Origin: Neodothiora populina
Taxonomy: Eukaryota
Direction of reading: 5' to 3'
Assembly: GCF_041146345.1 (NCBI RefSeq)
Contig: NW_027191405.1
Coordinates: forward strand, 1,612,001-1,676,000
Length of the DNA stretch: 64,000 nt
The translations under genes and the position numbers were made by a program. Below, one piece after another: positions 22,999-36,687 of this stretch. Each line of letters starts with the position of its first letter. Positions within the stretch are counted from its first letter, which is position 1. The notes beneath the pieces were generated by a model that worked only from the letters and a program-made list of their open reading frames with translations, made no database searches and had not been told where the DNA came from.

Positions 22999-23605
22999 CT
23001 AGAAAGTGCTGGCTTCGGGAGGCTGGGGTAGCTTCTTGTGTGCCGGAGCCGCAAGATATCTGTGAGCGTAGGTCAATACACCATAACCTCAATAGTGCCA
23101 TCATTCACAAGAAAAGCTCTGCCTCGTACTTTCTGATCTCGATCAATATCGTCTCCATGGTGAAGTCTCTCTTCCACGTGGCGATGGCAGGCAACTTGCT
23201 CAGATCCACCTTTCCGTTGTGCGGGTTGACGCAGGGGGCGTTGACTCTGCTGACGAACGTCACTTCGGGGGGCACGTCCGGGTATTGCTCTCCGCAGCGG
23301 ATCTTGAGGCTGTAGATGCGGTTCTCGTGCGCTGAGTGGGGAGGACCCAGGATGGTGCCGTTCCAGTTGGTCATGCTGATGTCGTCGCCTTCGTCCAGGC
23401 CGTAGGAACATGCCTCTATACAGAAACGATCATAGTAAGCCCATGTTCTTTTTCCAAGTCCTTTTTTCTCCTGCTTCTCCATGTGGGTTTGTCTTCTCGT
23501 TGTGCACCCTGGAGGATTCCGGGGGTTTTTACCGGCTCCGAGACCCTTCTCGCCCTTCTCCAGCTCTTCCAATAGACGGAAGTTGCGAGGGATTTTGGCA
23601 CCCAT
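22999..23605 (-). CDS. MMS2: Ubiquitin-conjugating enzyme variant Mms2/UEV1; exons 23605-23533, 23415-23130, 23059-22999
   Basis: KIPRNFRLLEELEKGEKGLGA/EACSYGL, WNGTILGPPHSAHENRIYSL and C-terminal HKKLPQPPEASTF; no catalytic Cys motif. Confidence 0.95.
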
Positions 23606-24094
23606 GTTGTGATATCGCTTTATGTTTCCACTGCTTGAGTCAAGTTAATGTCTTGGCAGACTTGTTTCTGATCTCTCTTTTCTTTTTGGTAATGCAGATA
23701 TACTGTTTGTAAATCCGTCGAGATTGATGAATATCTGTTAATGAATATATGTGGGCACCGGTGAGTGAGCTGAATGAACGAATGATGTTGGCGGGGCAGT
23801 GAGACTGGGCAGGAGCGGGTGCAAACACACCGCGCAAACTCCCCACCACGCGTCTCGACCTTCCTCTTCCGCCGACACGCCGAGGCCGAAGTAAGCCAAG
23901 ATGACATGTAACTGCAAGTAGTACACTGTAGCCCCCTTCGGTGTTTGTTCCTGACTACCCGAATACCTTATTTCTATACTATAGCATTACTCGCCACGAC
24001 TACCGAATCTCATATGACGTCGGATACTCTGTCAACATCTAACAACCACCATGTATCTGCTATAGAATGCTGAGCCTCTCGCAGCTGTTAAACA

Positions 24095-27000
24095 ATGAGC
24101 GGCCAGGCTCTCCAAGCAGAGCTTACAAACCTCGCTCAAGAGGCCAAACGCAAGAATCCTGAGTTGCGAACCGTATGTTTACCCACGCCTTTATTATTTT
24201 GTTAGTGGGCGGCTTTGCTCACCAATTTCACAACAGGCGGCTGAGAGATCTCTACAAGAACTCAGATCATTACCCTCTACATCCGAGCAGCAACTGGCAG
24301 CTGGTAAGAAAATTGTATATCAATTCGACCACCACATGCTGATCCACAAGAGATCTCAGTCGTAGGCCTAATTTCATCGACCCCTTTCTGCTAGCTTGTT
24401 CCACCAAAAATCCCAAGTTTGCCAGTAGTGCAGCGAACTGCCTTCAGAGATTGGTGATTCTCAGAGGGCTACCCAAATCCAGACTCAAAGATGTACTTGA
24501 CGCTTTCAATGCCTGCACCTCGTTGAGTCTCGATGTCCAATTGAAAGTCCTGCAAGCACTCCCGACGCTCGCTCAGAGCTACGCCGAGGATCTCAAAGGC
24601 GAGAAGCTGGCTGGTGCTCTGCAAGTTTGTGCTGCGCTACAGAACGTCAAGACACCTACTGTAAGTGGCGTCGCAACCGCAACGCTCCAGCAGCTTGTTG
24701 TTTCTGTTTTCGAGAAGGTCTCCATAGAGGATGCGCGCCACCCGAACAGTCCTGTGGTAGCGGAGGTACCAGGCGAGCAGGGACCCGTCCCTCTGAAGGA
24801 GGCTGCTCATGATGCTTACAGAGTCTTTCTGGACATAGCATTGTCCATCGAAGGTCGCAGGCCTAAATTTGTCCCTTTCTCTCAACTCTCGCCTGTGTCG
24901 GGCCTTGAGCTGATTGGCGCTTGCATGGAAACCCACTCGAGAGTGTTCCTCAAGCATATAGAGCAGACGAACGTTGTGCGCAGCATCGTGATGCCCTTCT
25001 TGATCCGCGTCATATCGGAGCGCCAAAGTTTTGCTGTCACTCTTCGTGCTATTCGCGTGGCTTCTCTCGTCATCCGACGCCACTTGGACGCCATGCCGGA
25101 GGAATGTGAGATGCTACTAGGTCTTCTTACGTACATGCTGGATCCCGAGGCAGCTGCAGGCTGGAAACGAGTGTTGTGCATGGAGGTCTTTCGTATGATA
25201 TACACTGAGCCTGGACTTGCGATCCAGATCTATCGCCAGTACGACAGTAGCGAAGGCAAGAAGAACATCATCAGGGACAACATAGCCACCTTTGTCCGCT
25301 TGTCTACCGAGAAGCCCAGCATCATCGGCCTAGGTCAGCAGTCATCTATTCCCACGGGACCCGCGAATCAGAACGAGTCCGCCACCGATTTGGCCATTGC
25401 GGAAGCAGAGGGTGGCGTCGCCGGCGTCATCGGGGTCGGTCTTGGTGTCAGTGGTTCCAGTGTACCTGGTATTAGCTTTCAATGGAGTGTTCCTAAGGCT
25501 CAATGCATCGATCAATTGGACAAGACGGAGCCTCCAACGCTACCAGAGACTTATGTCTATAGTCTTGTGCTCGAGTGCCTCAATGGTCTGTCGGAGAATC
25601 TGGCAAAGGTGGTCTTGCCTCTTTCGGTACAACATGTTAGCTCCAGGACACAGCTGTCCGAATCGGCAGACGAGGAAACTCCCACTAGGGGAGAGCAGTC
25701 ACCAGAACCTGAATCAGCGCGGACAAGGAGGGACCGATCACAATCGTATCGCTCTCGCACGGTTCCTGTCAACCCACTACAGCTGGAGGCAAGCTCAGCC
25801 ATCGGAAATGTGAAAGCGATCGCCAATCTTGTCGACGAGTGTTGGCCGGCACTACTGGCCACGTATTCGACTTTCCTCAACGCTGCGCTAGACAATGCCT
25901 ACTACAGAGCTCTGATCAGATCCTACCAACGATTTGTGCAGGTATCCGGGCTCCTGCGACTGATCACTGCACGAGACGCATTTTTGACTACGCTCGGCAA
26001 GTCCGCAGTGCCGCCGAATATTGTTGGCGCAAATATGCCATCGACCATGTCGCCAATCTCTGAAACCCCCTCGGGGGTATACTCACATACCAAAGGCCTA
26101 CTCAGCGTTGACAGCTTTACTACGCAGGCGTCCAATAGTGATAGACGACCGCGCTCCTCTGCCAACGAGCAAACGAAGCCGACACTGTCTACTAGAAACT
26201 TGTTATGCCTCCGGGCCTTGCTGAATGTCGCCATCGCCATCGGACCTACACTCGAGTCTGCGTTCACTATAGTCTTCGAGACTCTTCAGCAAGCTGGTTC
26301 CGTACTCAACACGATGAATGCGAGCCACTTTGCTCCGGATGCAAAATCACCCAGTGGTATTGGCTCCGAGGTAGCGGCTGTAGAAGCGGCAGCATTACGA
26401 CTCTTTGAGAGCACTGCTGACTATCCTAACGATGCCTTTATGCATTGCCTGACTACTCTTTGCACATTGATCGATGGACGCTCTAAAAATGCACCTCCGC
26501 CTGGCAGCCAACCGGATCATACATCACCGCTAGCCTCACCACGCATGAGCTTTAGCGGACGCCGACTGTCTAGCCTCCCGGGTCTCAGCCCAGATTTTGT
26601 TCTGTCCTCACAAGACTATCTTTTCATACTTACCAGATTGGGCGAGCTGGCCGACCTGAACACAGCCAGGTTTGCTACGTACGACGCGACAGATAGCGGC
26701 TGGAAGGTACTTGTTGAATGTCTCGTAAGCCTGGCTATCAACGCTTCAATTCCAGCAGATGCCCGACGCCTTGCTGCAGACATTCTTAGTCGATGCGGCG
26801 TATCAATCGCGGTAGCGAGTACTTCCGACGATGTGGAAGACGCTGGTCAGGCGCAAAAGATGGTGCTGTCTTCGCTGCGGCTTCTGATCCATCGCATGTA
26901 CAGTCAGAACGATGAACTCACGAATGCGGACGTAGAGATACATGGCAAAGCGCTTGACGCTGTCAGGTCTATCCTCGAGAAATGCGGAGATGCGCTCTCT

Positions 27001-29480
27001 GCTGGGTGGGATACCATCCTTGCCATATTGAGCAGTGTCTTCGATGACGAAGATGACGAAGGTGATCATGTCGCAGTGCCGGACCAGCCTGAGGATAGCT
27101 GGCTGCACATATCTAGCCAAGTCGTTGCACCCTACCTGAGTCGTTCAGCTTTTGGGATCATGCAGTTGGTCTGTTCAGACTTTCTGCTTTTACTGCCGCA
27201 GGCTTGTTTCACTCCACTCACCGAAATTCTGTATCGCTTTGCATCGCAGGAGGCCGATCTTAACACTTCACTTACCGTAAGTCTGAACGATCTGAGAAAA
27301 ACGAAATACGCGCTAACTTCTGGCAGACAGTAAGCCTGTTCTGGGACATCTCCGACTTCCTTGTCAAGCAGGGCTCAGTGCTGGGCCTCAATGACTACGC
27401 CACAAAATATCCTGAAACACGATTGACACACGCACAAATTCTGACCAGGAGTGATCAATCGCGCCCGGCCCAGTGGATGCTTGCTTTGTACCGCATAGCG
27501 GATGTTGTCTCTGACAAGCGTGCTGAGGTCCGCAACAGCGCCTTCCAGACTCTGCTCCGGATCTTCAACAATCACGCTGATGGTCTGACGACTTCGAGCT
27601 GGGAGTTGTGTTTCGAGACTCTGTTGATGAAGATACTCGATGAGGACGTGTCGAGGCAACTGGCCGCGCGAGATGGATCGGAGAGTGCTGAAGAACTGGC
27701 CGCAATGAATGGCACGTCGAAGACTCTCCTTGAAGAGACAGGTATCCTTATCGCCGACAATCTGACAGCTATCTCGCAATCAAAGCAATTCGATCGCTTA
27801 TGGAGTGAGCTCCTCAATTTGGTACAGAAGTATCTTTCTAGCTCTTCGGCAATCGTTATCGCAGCTCTTTTTACTGCAATGACTACACTGTGGCGAGTTC
27901 TCAGTGCAGGCGATCAGCACTGGAAACCAATGATCAAAGAAGGAGCCTTGTTGTGCTCTGCCGGTATACCAAACGTCAAGGGTCAGGCTGCAGAACAGGA
28001 GGCATATCTTGCGTATACTGACTGCATTGCTGAATTGTGTCGCCTCAATCGCACGTCTTCCAGCTCGGACGACCTCAAAGTCACAGCCTTGGACCTCTTT
28101 GAGTGCGTATGTGCTTCAACAAATACCTCTAGCGGCATGGATGTGCACAGCATGACTCCTCTTCAAAGCAGAGTTCTCGAATGCTTGAAGATGCTACGGA
28201 CTGATGTCGACGGGATTGCCTCTACGCTGATCAAGATAGCCTCGACCTTCGTCAGATTGCCTTTCGATGACCCATCCCACCCGAAGCCTAAGACCGACCT
28301 CACCTTTGTGGCACTTTCCAAGGCAAGCATGGACTGGCTCGTTGAACTCGTCGCTACTCACATTACCAAAGAAGACGTGCTTCTAACTAACTCGGTCGCC
28401 CGTGCTCTCGAGAGCCTCATCATACCCATGAAGCGCAAGTACACTTGGAAGCAGAACGGCAAAGGTCCTGCGCCCTGGCAGAAAGCCACGCCTGCCGCGC
28501 TCGCCATCATCAAGCCGGCACTGACTCAGATGCACACGCTCGGTGTACCAAAGGACACTCAGCGCCGTGTCTGGCGTGCAATCATAGCAACGGCCCACAT
28601 GATCATGCACGCCGAACTTCCGACAGAGAATTCGCCGCCACCTCTCGGACTTATGGAAACAGACGAATCAGCCGACTGCACGAGTCTCAAAAGACTGAGG
28701 GCAATGATCATCCCTGGCTTAGGCAACGCCATCCTCCCAGATCAACTCCGTTCCGCATACGTGTATTCTCTCTTCCAAGCAAGTATAATCCATGAACCCG
28801 AACACGGTGATGTACCCCAGTCTTCTGAAACACCGCCACTGCGTGACCTGCTCGAGACAAGACTGGGCAGAGTACACGATCCTACCCCAACCCCTCGCGA
28901 AGCAATAGCCTACCTGTGTCTTGACGAGATGCTGTCTCTCGCCACAGGAGAACCAACCGCCACAGCATCAGCACCAAACAACGACGGCAACAACGGCACA
29001 GCAACAACAATGCTCAAGACCGAACGCGAAGAACGAGTCCGCCTGGCGCGAGCGGCAGCGCCATGGGCAGTCCTGAGACTCGCCCTGCCTCTAAGAGCAT
29101 ACATCGCGGACCAACCCCTGCGGGGCACAATGCCCACACCGCTAAGCCAGATCGAAGAGTTGACCTATTGCCTCTCCAAGATGAGAAGCCTAGTCTGCGT
29201 CTCCGACGCGCTCCTCAGCGAAGAAGAGTACCAGAAACGGTTCAAGCGGCGAGGCATGAGCGGAGGCGAGACTGGTCCCAATGGCGCCATGGAAAACAAA
29301 AAAGGAGGAGTCGAGGACGACGGCGGCGTCAGAATGAGGAGGGAGCAGATGATGCATCTCAAGTTCCTCTTCCCGCTTGTCGTCAGGGCGCTGACTGTCG
29401 CTGGAGATCGCGTGCATGGCAGCGCCAAGATCTTGGTCGAGTTGCAGGCTGTGCTAGAGGTCGCTGGGCGCGGACTGTGA
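24095..29480 (+). CDS. MON2: Mon2 (Sec7-family-related endosome/Golgi scaffold); exons 24095-24172, 24237-24303, 24353-27276, 27327-29480
   Basis: N-terminal LQAELTNLAQEAKRKNPELR, DVQLKVLQAL, WKRVLCMEVFR, CIDQLDKTEPP, RDAFLTTLGK, NTSLTTVSLFWDISDF, DKRAEVRNSAFQTL. Three introns restore the frame. Confidence 0.93.
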
Positions 29481-30370
29481 CAATACTGTGCGCTTGTTCT
29501 CCTTGCTTCTCGATTTTTGTAGTGTATTTGCTTGCATATTTGCGCAGTGTATATATGTGTGTAACACTAGACTTAAGAGAGTCAAAAGAGAGAAATAAAA
29601 AGAGACAATTGTAACCTTTCTGCATCTTACAACGTCGACGATAACAAGCCCAGGAGGTTATCACAAAATATACGCATATTGCAGATCCGAGCGCGAGTCG
29701 AGTTCTCAGGAGGGAAAAGTAACAATGTCTATCCATTGCTCGAATGTTTGACTAAAGCGACAACCAAAAAACGCCGTGTATGCATCTTCTGTGTCTGTAT
29801 CTTTATCTTACTCCATAACGCTACGAATGAATGATAAATGGATACCGAGACGTGAAACGCTAACAATGCAGCCCAAATAAAGGCATGTGTAGTACAAATT
29901 TGCAAGGTGAAAGCAAATGCGAGCCAAGAGAGAAAGCAGGTTCCAATGCCACTGCTCCTCATGATGCAAAAAACGCCATGAGCAAAGCGATGCGATGATA
30001 ATGCTCCTTTTGTGTGTATCCCATGCGAAAACAATCCGATGACAATGCTACTATATTCACGCCCACCCAATGCTAGAACTCAGAAAGAATAGACAGCGGT
30101 GAAGTAGTGCACGTAGTTGTGCTGAGACTGTTCAAATGCATTTTCCAATGTCCTGTCCAATCCGCTTGTTGAGAGTGCCACTGCACACTCACTCTTTGGA
30201 GTATGATGCATGATGAAATCAGAGACAAGGGGCGAGTGGAGAGAAGAAAGAAAGAACCTACTGACTTGGCATGTATACACCCGTTCTCAAGACAAGCGCA
30301 GCATACATGTCTTTCTTCCTCTTTTCAATACTTCCGTTTTTGCCGTCGAGCATCATCATTCAAAAGAGCT

Positions 30371-32551
30371 TCACCATCTCGAGGCCTTGATGTGAAAGTA
30401 ATCTCCAAAGTCGCCCTTGTTCCACCGCTCAATATCACGACCACATAGGTTCCAAAGCTTGGCCTCTAGTCGTTCTTTATTCTTTTCTTCTGTCGTTTTG
30501 TGGTTGATCTGATCAAGGATTGCCTTGTCGGGACTGCTGCTGTTCATCTGTGTCTGTGTCTTTGTCTTTGTTCTCGTCTTGGGTTTTGGCCTGTTGGTCT
30601 TCTTACGTGTTGTACGTGCTGAGACTGGTGCAGATACAGAGGCGAGGGCAGTATCATCATCAGCATTTTCGGCCACAGCTGTTGCTCTGCCTTTCTCCGC
30701 CACTTCCTTCTTTTTGGATCGAGTAACGCGAGATATGATCTCGGAAGGTTCGAGAAGCGACTCGTCTTCCCGTTCAATAACCTCTGGTGTAGCCATGTTA
30801 TCGCTTTTACCCCTCAGATTCCTTGCCCGCAGTTTCCTTTTCGGCGGACTGGCGAGGAGACACTTCTTCCTGCGCTCGCTCTGTCGTAGAACCTCAAAGG
30901 ACACTTCGAACTCTGAGTCCTCTGTCATACCAGAAAGGAGATCGGGTGTGGTACCGTTCTGCTGAGTGGAGAAGAGAGCCGGATGCATTTGGTTGCTGCT
31001 GTTATCTGGAGTAAAGAACAAAGGCGGTCCGGCGCGGCGCGCAGCTGCTGTGCGTGATGATTCTCCTCTAGAACAAAGATTCGGCAAGCGCTGAGAAATA
31101 GAAGATGAACCATCGGCTCCAGATCCAGAGTCCAGCGATGGTCCGAATAAGTTAGCCCCTGCCTCTTCTGGTCCGTGTTGTCCGAACAATGGTCGTCTGT
31201 TTTTCTTTGGACTCTGCTTCTGAGGGCTTGGGGGATACTCGGGAGCCGGCGCTCTTAGTTTTCGAGGGCTTTCCTTGCGTGGACTAGGCGGGCCAGGTTC
31301 AGCGTAGAAATCATCACTTTTCCTTTGTTGCTTCACGGGACTTTTGCGAGGGGACGGCGGATACTCAGCATCCACGCAGTCGGACAGAAATGGACTAGAC
31401 TCGGCATCATCGTCGCGAGCATTTGTGGCTCTGACTTCACTGGGTGGAATAGCGGGATCTTGGCGGACCGGGCTTGGATGAAGGGATGGTTTTGTGGCCA
31501 GTGGATTCGTGTCAGCATTCTGATCTTCGTATGCACTGTGAAGCTCAGGGTCGGACCGAGCATCTGTTGTATGTGACGGAAAGCGAGGTGTTTGTTGGGA
31601 AGGATGAGGTAAATGAATCTCTCCGAAAACGTCGTCAGCGGAAGACTGCACGACAAAGGGTCGTGGCGGTGGCGGCATGATGGATGGTGACAGTGGAGGA
31701 GCAAGCTTTGGCGCAGGAGTGGGCGTGGGCGTCAGATTCCTTTTCCCTCTGGTCGTCGGTCCCTCTTGAACATCAAAGACTCCCCGTCTTCGTCTCCTAG
31801 GTCTCTCAGCTCGCTCGTTGATTGCTTCAGCTTGGTCCAAAGCCGAGTCTTTCCTCTCCAAATCCTGACCCTCCTTTCCGTTCGTTTTGTCTTCGCCTGA
31901 TGCTTTCTCTTCACCGCGCGACCGCGCTTCTGTGACTGCATCCTTGAGATGTTTGGGCACAGCAGCCTGCAATCTAGTCATGAGACGTGCTCTTCTTTCG
32001 AATCCCTCCCATCCAGCGCCTCCCTGTTGCTCAAGCAACATACCCGCCTCGGCATTGAGTGCCGAAGTGGCATTCGGATACACCAGTAGACAAGATATTG
32101 TAAGAAGGACATGTCGTAACGTCAGAGTGCTCTGCCAGTCCCGCTTGAGCGTCTCGACACACACAGCGCCCGTCTCGGGCTCGATGTTCGGATGGAAAAT
32201 CTTTGTTCTGAAAAAAGCTTTGGGCGGATTCGTGGGATAAGTCGGTGGGATCGCAAGATGGAGTCTAAACACACCGGCCTCATATGGCGTCGAGGTTGGT
32301 CCGGCAAGGAGTATGTCCAGCTGTGTCAGATCCGATGAAGGGTCAACTTTGGGATCGAAGAGGTAATTAGGAGGGAGCTCTTGGTTGTGTAGCGACGCAT
32401 GGTCCGCCGCGAGACGACGTAGTGATCGCGGATTCTAGTTCCAAGACCATGACAAGTCAGCCATGTGTTCTGCATATATATCTGACTTTTGCCCCCTGCT
32501 CGTGTGAAGTCTGTCTATTCCGTACTTTTTCGGAATAAGTAAGCATACCAT
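30371..32551 (-). CDS. UBE2S-like ubiquitin-conjugating enzyme with long disordered C-terminal extension; exons 32551-32549 (ATG only), 32434-30371
   Basis: GPTSTPYEAGVFRL, YPTNPPKAFFRTKIFHPNI, active site GAVCVETLKRDW, PNATSALNAEAG. ATG followed by intron GTATGC...CTGAC...TAG (32548-32435). Confidence 0.82.
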
Positions 32552-33207
32552 GTCTATGTATACACCGCCTAGCCAGCACTCTTGATTATGAATTTACTGT
32601 ATTATGTACGCTCATTTGATGATCCATCTGCCAGTGTTATTGATAATATTTAGTTATCATATAGTTATGATCCCGAGATGTTGTTGTGGATAAGTGCATG
32701 TGAAGCACGGGGCGTTTATTGTTGTCTGTTTGTGTTGTTGTCCGGGCTGGAGTCTGGAGAAGTAGAAGTCGCGAGTCGCGTGCCTTGCCAATCACATTGC
32801 CTAATCAGGATGGTTCCTAACACGTCAAACATGATAATCACGGGGCATACAGTGACCAAGGTGATTACAGATCTAGTTGAATGTATCGATTGAATAAAAA
32901 TAGCATGCGAAAAACGATTAGATTACGTACTGTAATAGATACAGATAGAAGAAGCAATAATTGAACAAGTCCATCGTTCAGGTTTCATGCCATCTCGTTC
33001 GTCTTCGAGTCGACAGTCCCAATGCGCCGGCGTCAATGACAAGTAGTCCCACTCGTCATGCCCAAAAGAAAAAGATATCGTGTCCTTGCCAGTTTCCGCC
33101 CTCCGTGACCGATATATGCCTGTCCGGCTTATAGACCTCGTCAACGCCAATATCAATGCCCTCCATATTCCCATGCCGTTCTCATCTTGTTGCGGACGGC
33201 TTCACGC

Positions 33208-34076
33208 TCAATCCTCGCCACCTTTGACGGCGGTGTCGTTCGACTCATCCGGCTTTGGCATCGAGTTCAACTCCTGTCCGCCACTTTGACCTCGCTTTCG
33301 TCCTACGTGAAAGCCGAGTCCGCTCGAGGGTCTTGGCTCTGGTCCCTCGCCAGAATGTGTGAACCTGGAGAGGAATCCCTGTCTCCTCGGCTTCACGTCG
33401 TCATTGAGTCCAACATCTTCGAAGGTATCCTCTTCGGCCGGGGGTAGAGGTCTGTTGAAGGAGGAGCTGTGGCGCGGAGGGTTTGAATGAAGCCTAGAGT
33501 CGAGCGAGACGCGAGGGCGTGCCTCGCCTTGCAGCACCGGGGAGCGCGCAGAGATGTCCTAAATCACCGCCGGTCAGTTGCTGGAATCTCCGCATGATGG
33601 CTAACGTCGGTGTCGCTGCTCACAAATGATCGTCGATAAGAGTCAAACGATTCGCGGGAGATGTTGAATGGCTCGTTCTCGTTGAGCACGCTTCTGTGGT
33701 TTGACGAGTTGGATGAAGTGTTGGACTTTGTCGACCAGAAGTTCTTGCGCTCGGTGGGCGATGGCTAGACACGGCAGTATCAGTACATGTGCGCTACGAA
33801 GGACCTCGTTGCCATGGAGCAAGAACATACAGGCAGGTAGACACCGCTGTCGTTGATTTCTGGAATGATGGGTTAGCCGACATTCCCGTACTTACAGCCC
33901 GTTCGATCAATGCGACGCGGGGGCTGTGGTGGCTTCTCACCACTCAGCTTGTACTCGGTCTGCTCCTTGATATCAATGTGTCGTGGTGGAGCTTCTGGCG
34001 CTCCACTCGTCTTCTCATTACCACTGATACGTAGAGTCTCGTCATTGCGACGGAACGGGTTCCTGATAATAGGCAT
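33208..34076 (-). CDS. Fungal hypothetical protein; exons 34076-33941, 33859-33831, 33764-33624, 33558-33208
   Basis: Three canonical introns join MPIIRNPFRR...EYKLS/EINDSGVYLP/PSPTERK...FNISRESFDSYRRSF/DISARSP...FEDVGLND in frame. Confidence 0.8.
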
Positions 34077-34845
34077 GTTGCTAAATATGGGTCTGTCGGA
34101 TAAGACTGATTGTCGACGTTGTGCGCCCGTAGTACTCCACTTCGGAATATGTAGACAGAGACAAACACAATTGAATGGAGAAAATCAGGGTCCAATCGAG
34201 CGCTGAAGATACGGTGGAAGAAGAACCAGAAAGTGTGGTAAGATGCGGATGTAATGGAAGTGGGCAGCAAGAATGGAAACAGTGGCTGTGAGAGTCGTAG
34301 TGGTAAGTGGGCTGTAAGTAGCGCAAGTTTGAGACCAGGAAATGCTGGGGTCAAAGTCGCACGAGCTCGAAGAAGAGGTGGAAAGCTTCAGGTTCGATTC
34401 TGAACTGAATTTCGCTGGCGGGAAATGGTCTGATAAGTCTCTTGATTGGCTTGCGGTACTGCAGGCATGTGCATGTGCCCTTCTGGTGGTCGGGTATCCA
34501 TGGCCCCGGCTACTCCTTGCCGTCAGCCCACTCGCCTTGTCTCTTGTCTTTTAACCACACCTAAATAATGCATCATCTTCCGTTCATCTACCTTAATTTT
34601 TAGAATTGAACGTTCATCCTTTCCCTTTTGTTTCACATGACGCCGAGATACTCTGGTGCTACTGTGCTACCGTATCTGATTCTATCCGAGCATCCGCGAT
34701 CGTCTTTATTGTTGCTTCTTACGGCCCCGGATCTCTCAGAATCCACTTTTTCTTTCGTTTTGGGCCAGTGCCACTCCCGTTTGGATCTCCGTGGGGTACG
34801 AAGCATAAGGGTACTGTGATCCTGTGCGTTGTCAAAGCGTGAAGG

Positions 34846-34846
<1 letters not shown>

Positions 34847-34876
<30 letters not shown>
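34847..34876. repeat. (TG)15 microsatellite
   Basis: Read directly. Confidence 0.95.
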
Positions 34877-34877
<1 letters not shown>

Positions 34878-36687
34878 TGCAACATGTATGACGATTGATA
34901 TGTCGCGATCGTTGCCCTACAGAGTCGTGTAAAAAGCTTCTGTTCTTCCTGCAGCGTGCTGCGACTTGTGACATTTTGCCTCCGAGGAACCCTGTTCTGC
35001 ACCAAGCCAACCCACGTTTCCATTGCGACGACAGGGATTCGCTGCACTTTGCCAGCGTGCTGTTTCGCCGGTCACGTCCGGCTCCTACAGTGGTTAGATC
35101 TAGAAACTCTACTCGGACCGCCCTTCTATCCGCTTGTGCCTAGAGACCCTGGATCTTACTGCAGATGGGCAACGTCCAGACATGAACAAACTACCTTGAT
35201 TGCCTTGTCGACAATGCTTGTTCTTTCGTCCATGATTGTTCCTGGTCGAGCCTGTCCTGCCATGCTCCTCACATATGCATCACGATACTCGACGACTGGG
35301 CTGAAGAGGCCTTCGAAAAGAGGTTGAGTCATGGTCCTTCCTTGTGTCAATACTCAGTCTTACCCACGTCATGGGCTAGTCCTCAGGGAACATCCTCAGT
35401 CGCGATAAATGTGCGGTAAGCGCCGGATGGTCATTTGCACAGCATCATTTGGTATATGCAGAGGAATAGCGAACCTCGGAAAACCCTGGATATGGTGAGT
35501 GCTCTACGCTAGACACGAATACGTACCGGACTGCGTTGAATCATCACGAATTGTGTTGCAAGTGGTAGTCACGAGGTCTGGAACCAATTTGCGAGCGACG
35601 CATGCTCTCCAGCGCCAGCGAAACGTCAAAAGTTGCTTCACAAACGCGCATCTGGCACTTACACTCAACCACCGATTCACTGGACTTATTCCGTGAATTT
35701 GTGACTGCGAAAATATCAATTTATCACTTCTTCAAGCAGTCAAACACCTCGGCAATCTCAGGTGGCGGACTAAACTGTCCAACTGACAATGGAGAAATTC
35801 ACGCGCTCTGCCACAGTTCACTATCGTGAATCACTACCTAGTCAAGGCGACGTTGTACATGTCTTGACAGTACGGGACTCGATGTTTGCTTTCCTTTAGG
35901 AAGTAGGCCGCAAAACGAAAAATTGAGTTTCGAGAGGAAAACAGCGCGCAGTAGCATGGCGGCAAAGTTCACAACGTGCTGAGTCGATTGAAGTCGACCT
36001 TTGGCACGAAGCACGATAGTAAGGATGTGATAGCGTAACACACTTACGCAGTCAAGTTCTAACGCCAGGTCGCGATGTAAGGATCTTGAGTTGTACGCAA
36101 TATGGAGAACACTCGACGCACCTTCCTCGTTTCGACGACCCCAACAGTAAGTTTGTTGAATATGTCCTCAGCAGATAGCACTTCAAGACAAGGCAGTCAA
36201 AGGCTCATATTCTTATCAAATGAGGTACTTTACGCGTTCATTGTATCAGAACTCATTGCTTCTCTATCTTCAATGCTTCTCTGTTGCTCTATTATGTCGC
36301 AGGTGTAATGACCCAGCCACCCTTCCTCTGAGTGGAGAACTGCTGCTGTTGCATTTGCTCTTCTTCAGAACTTGAGACTGTCCATTACATTTCTTCCATA
36401 CCCAACTTTTCCTCTTCTTCATTATAAGAACGCATCGATACCAAGTCATCGTCCAGCACACTCATCATTGATCTTACGACATTTCATCATTCATTGAACA
36501 ACGCAGCATATGCTTTATCAGTGACGTCTGGTTATGCACAAACTGCATTTCTGAATGATTCCTGGGATCTTGCTGACGTCTGACACATCGTTGAGCCATC
36601 AGAATCCTCCGACTCGAAGGGTTTAGTCCGACGAAATACACTGCTTCGCTTTTCGTTCTATCGCATTGCCTATACTATCCTGCCAAT

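Noticed and set aside
35830..36500. Protein-like fragments and a GTAAGT site on the minus strand
   Set aside because: Could not assemble a consistent spliced frame or recognise a family.
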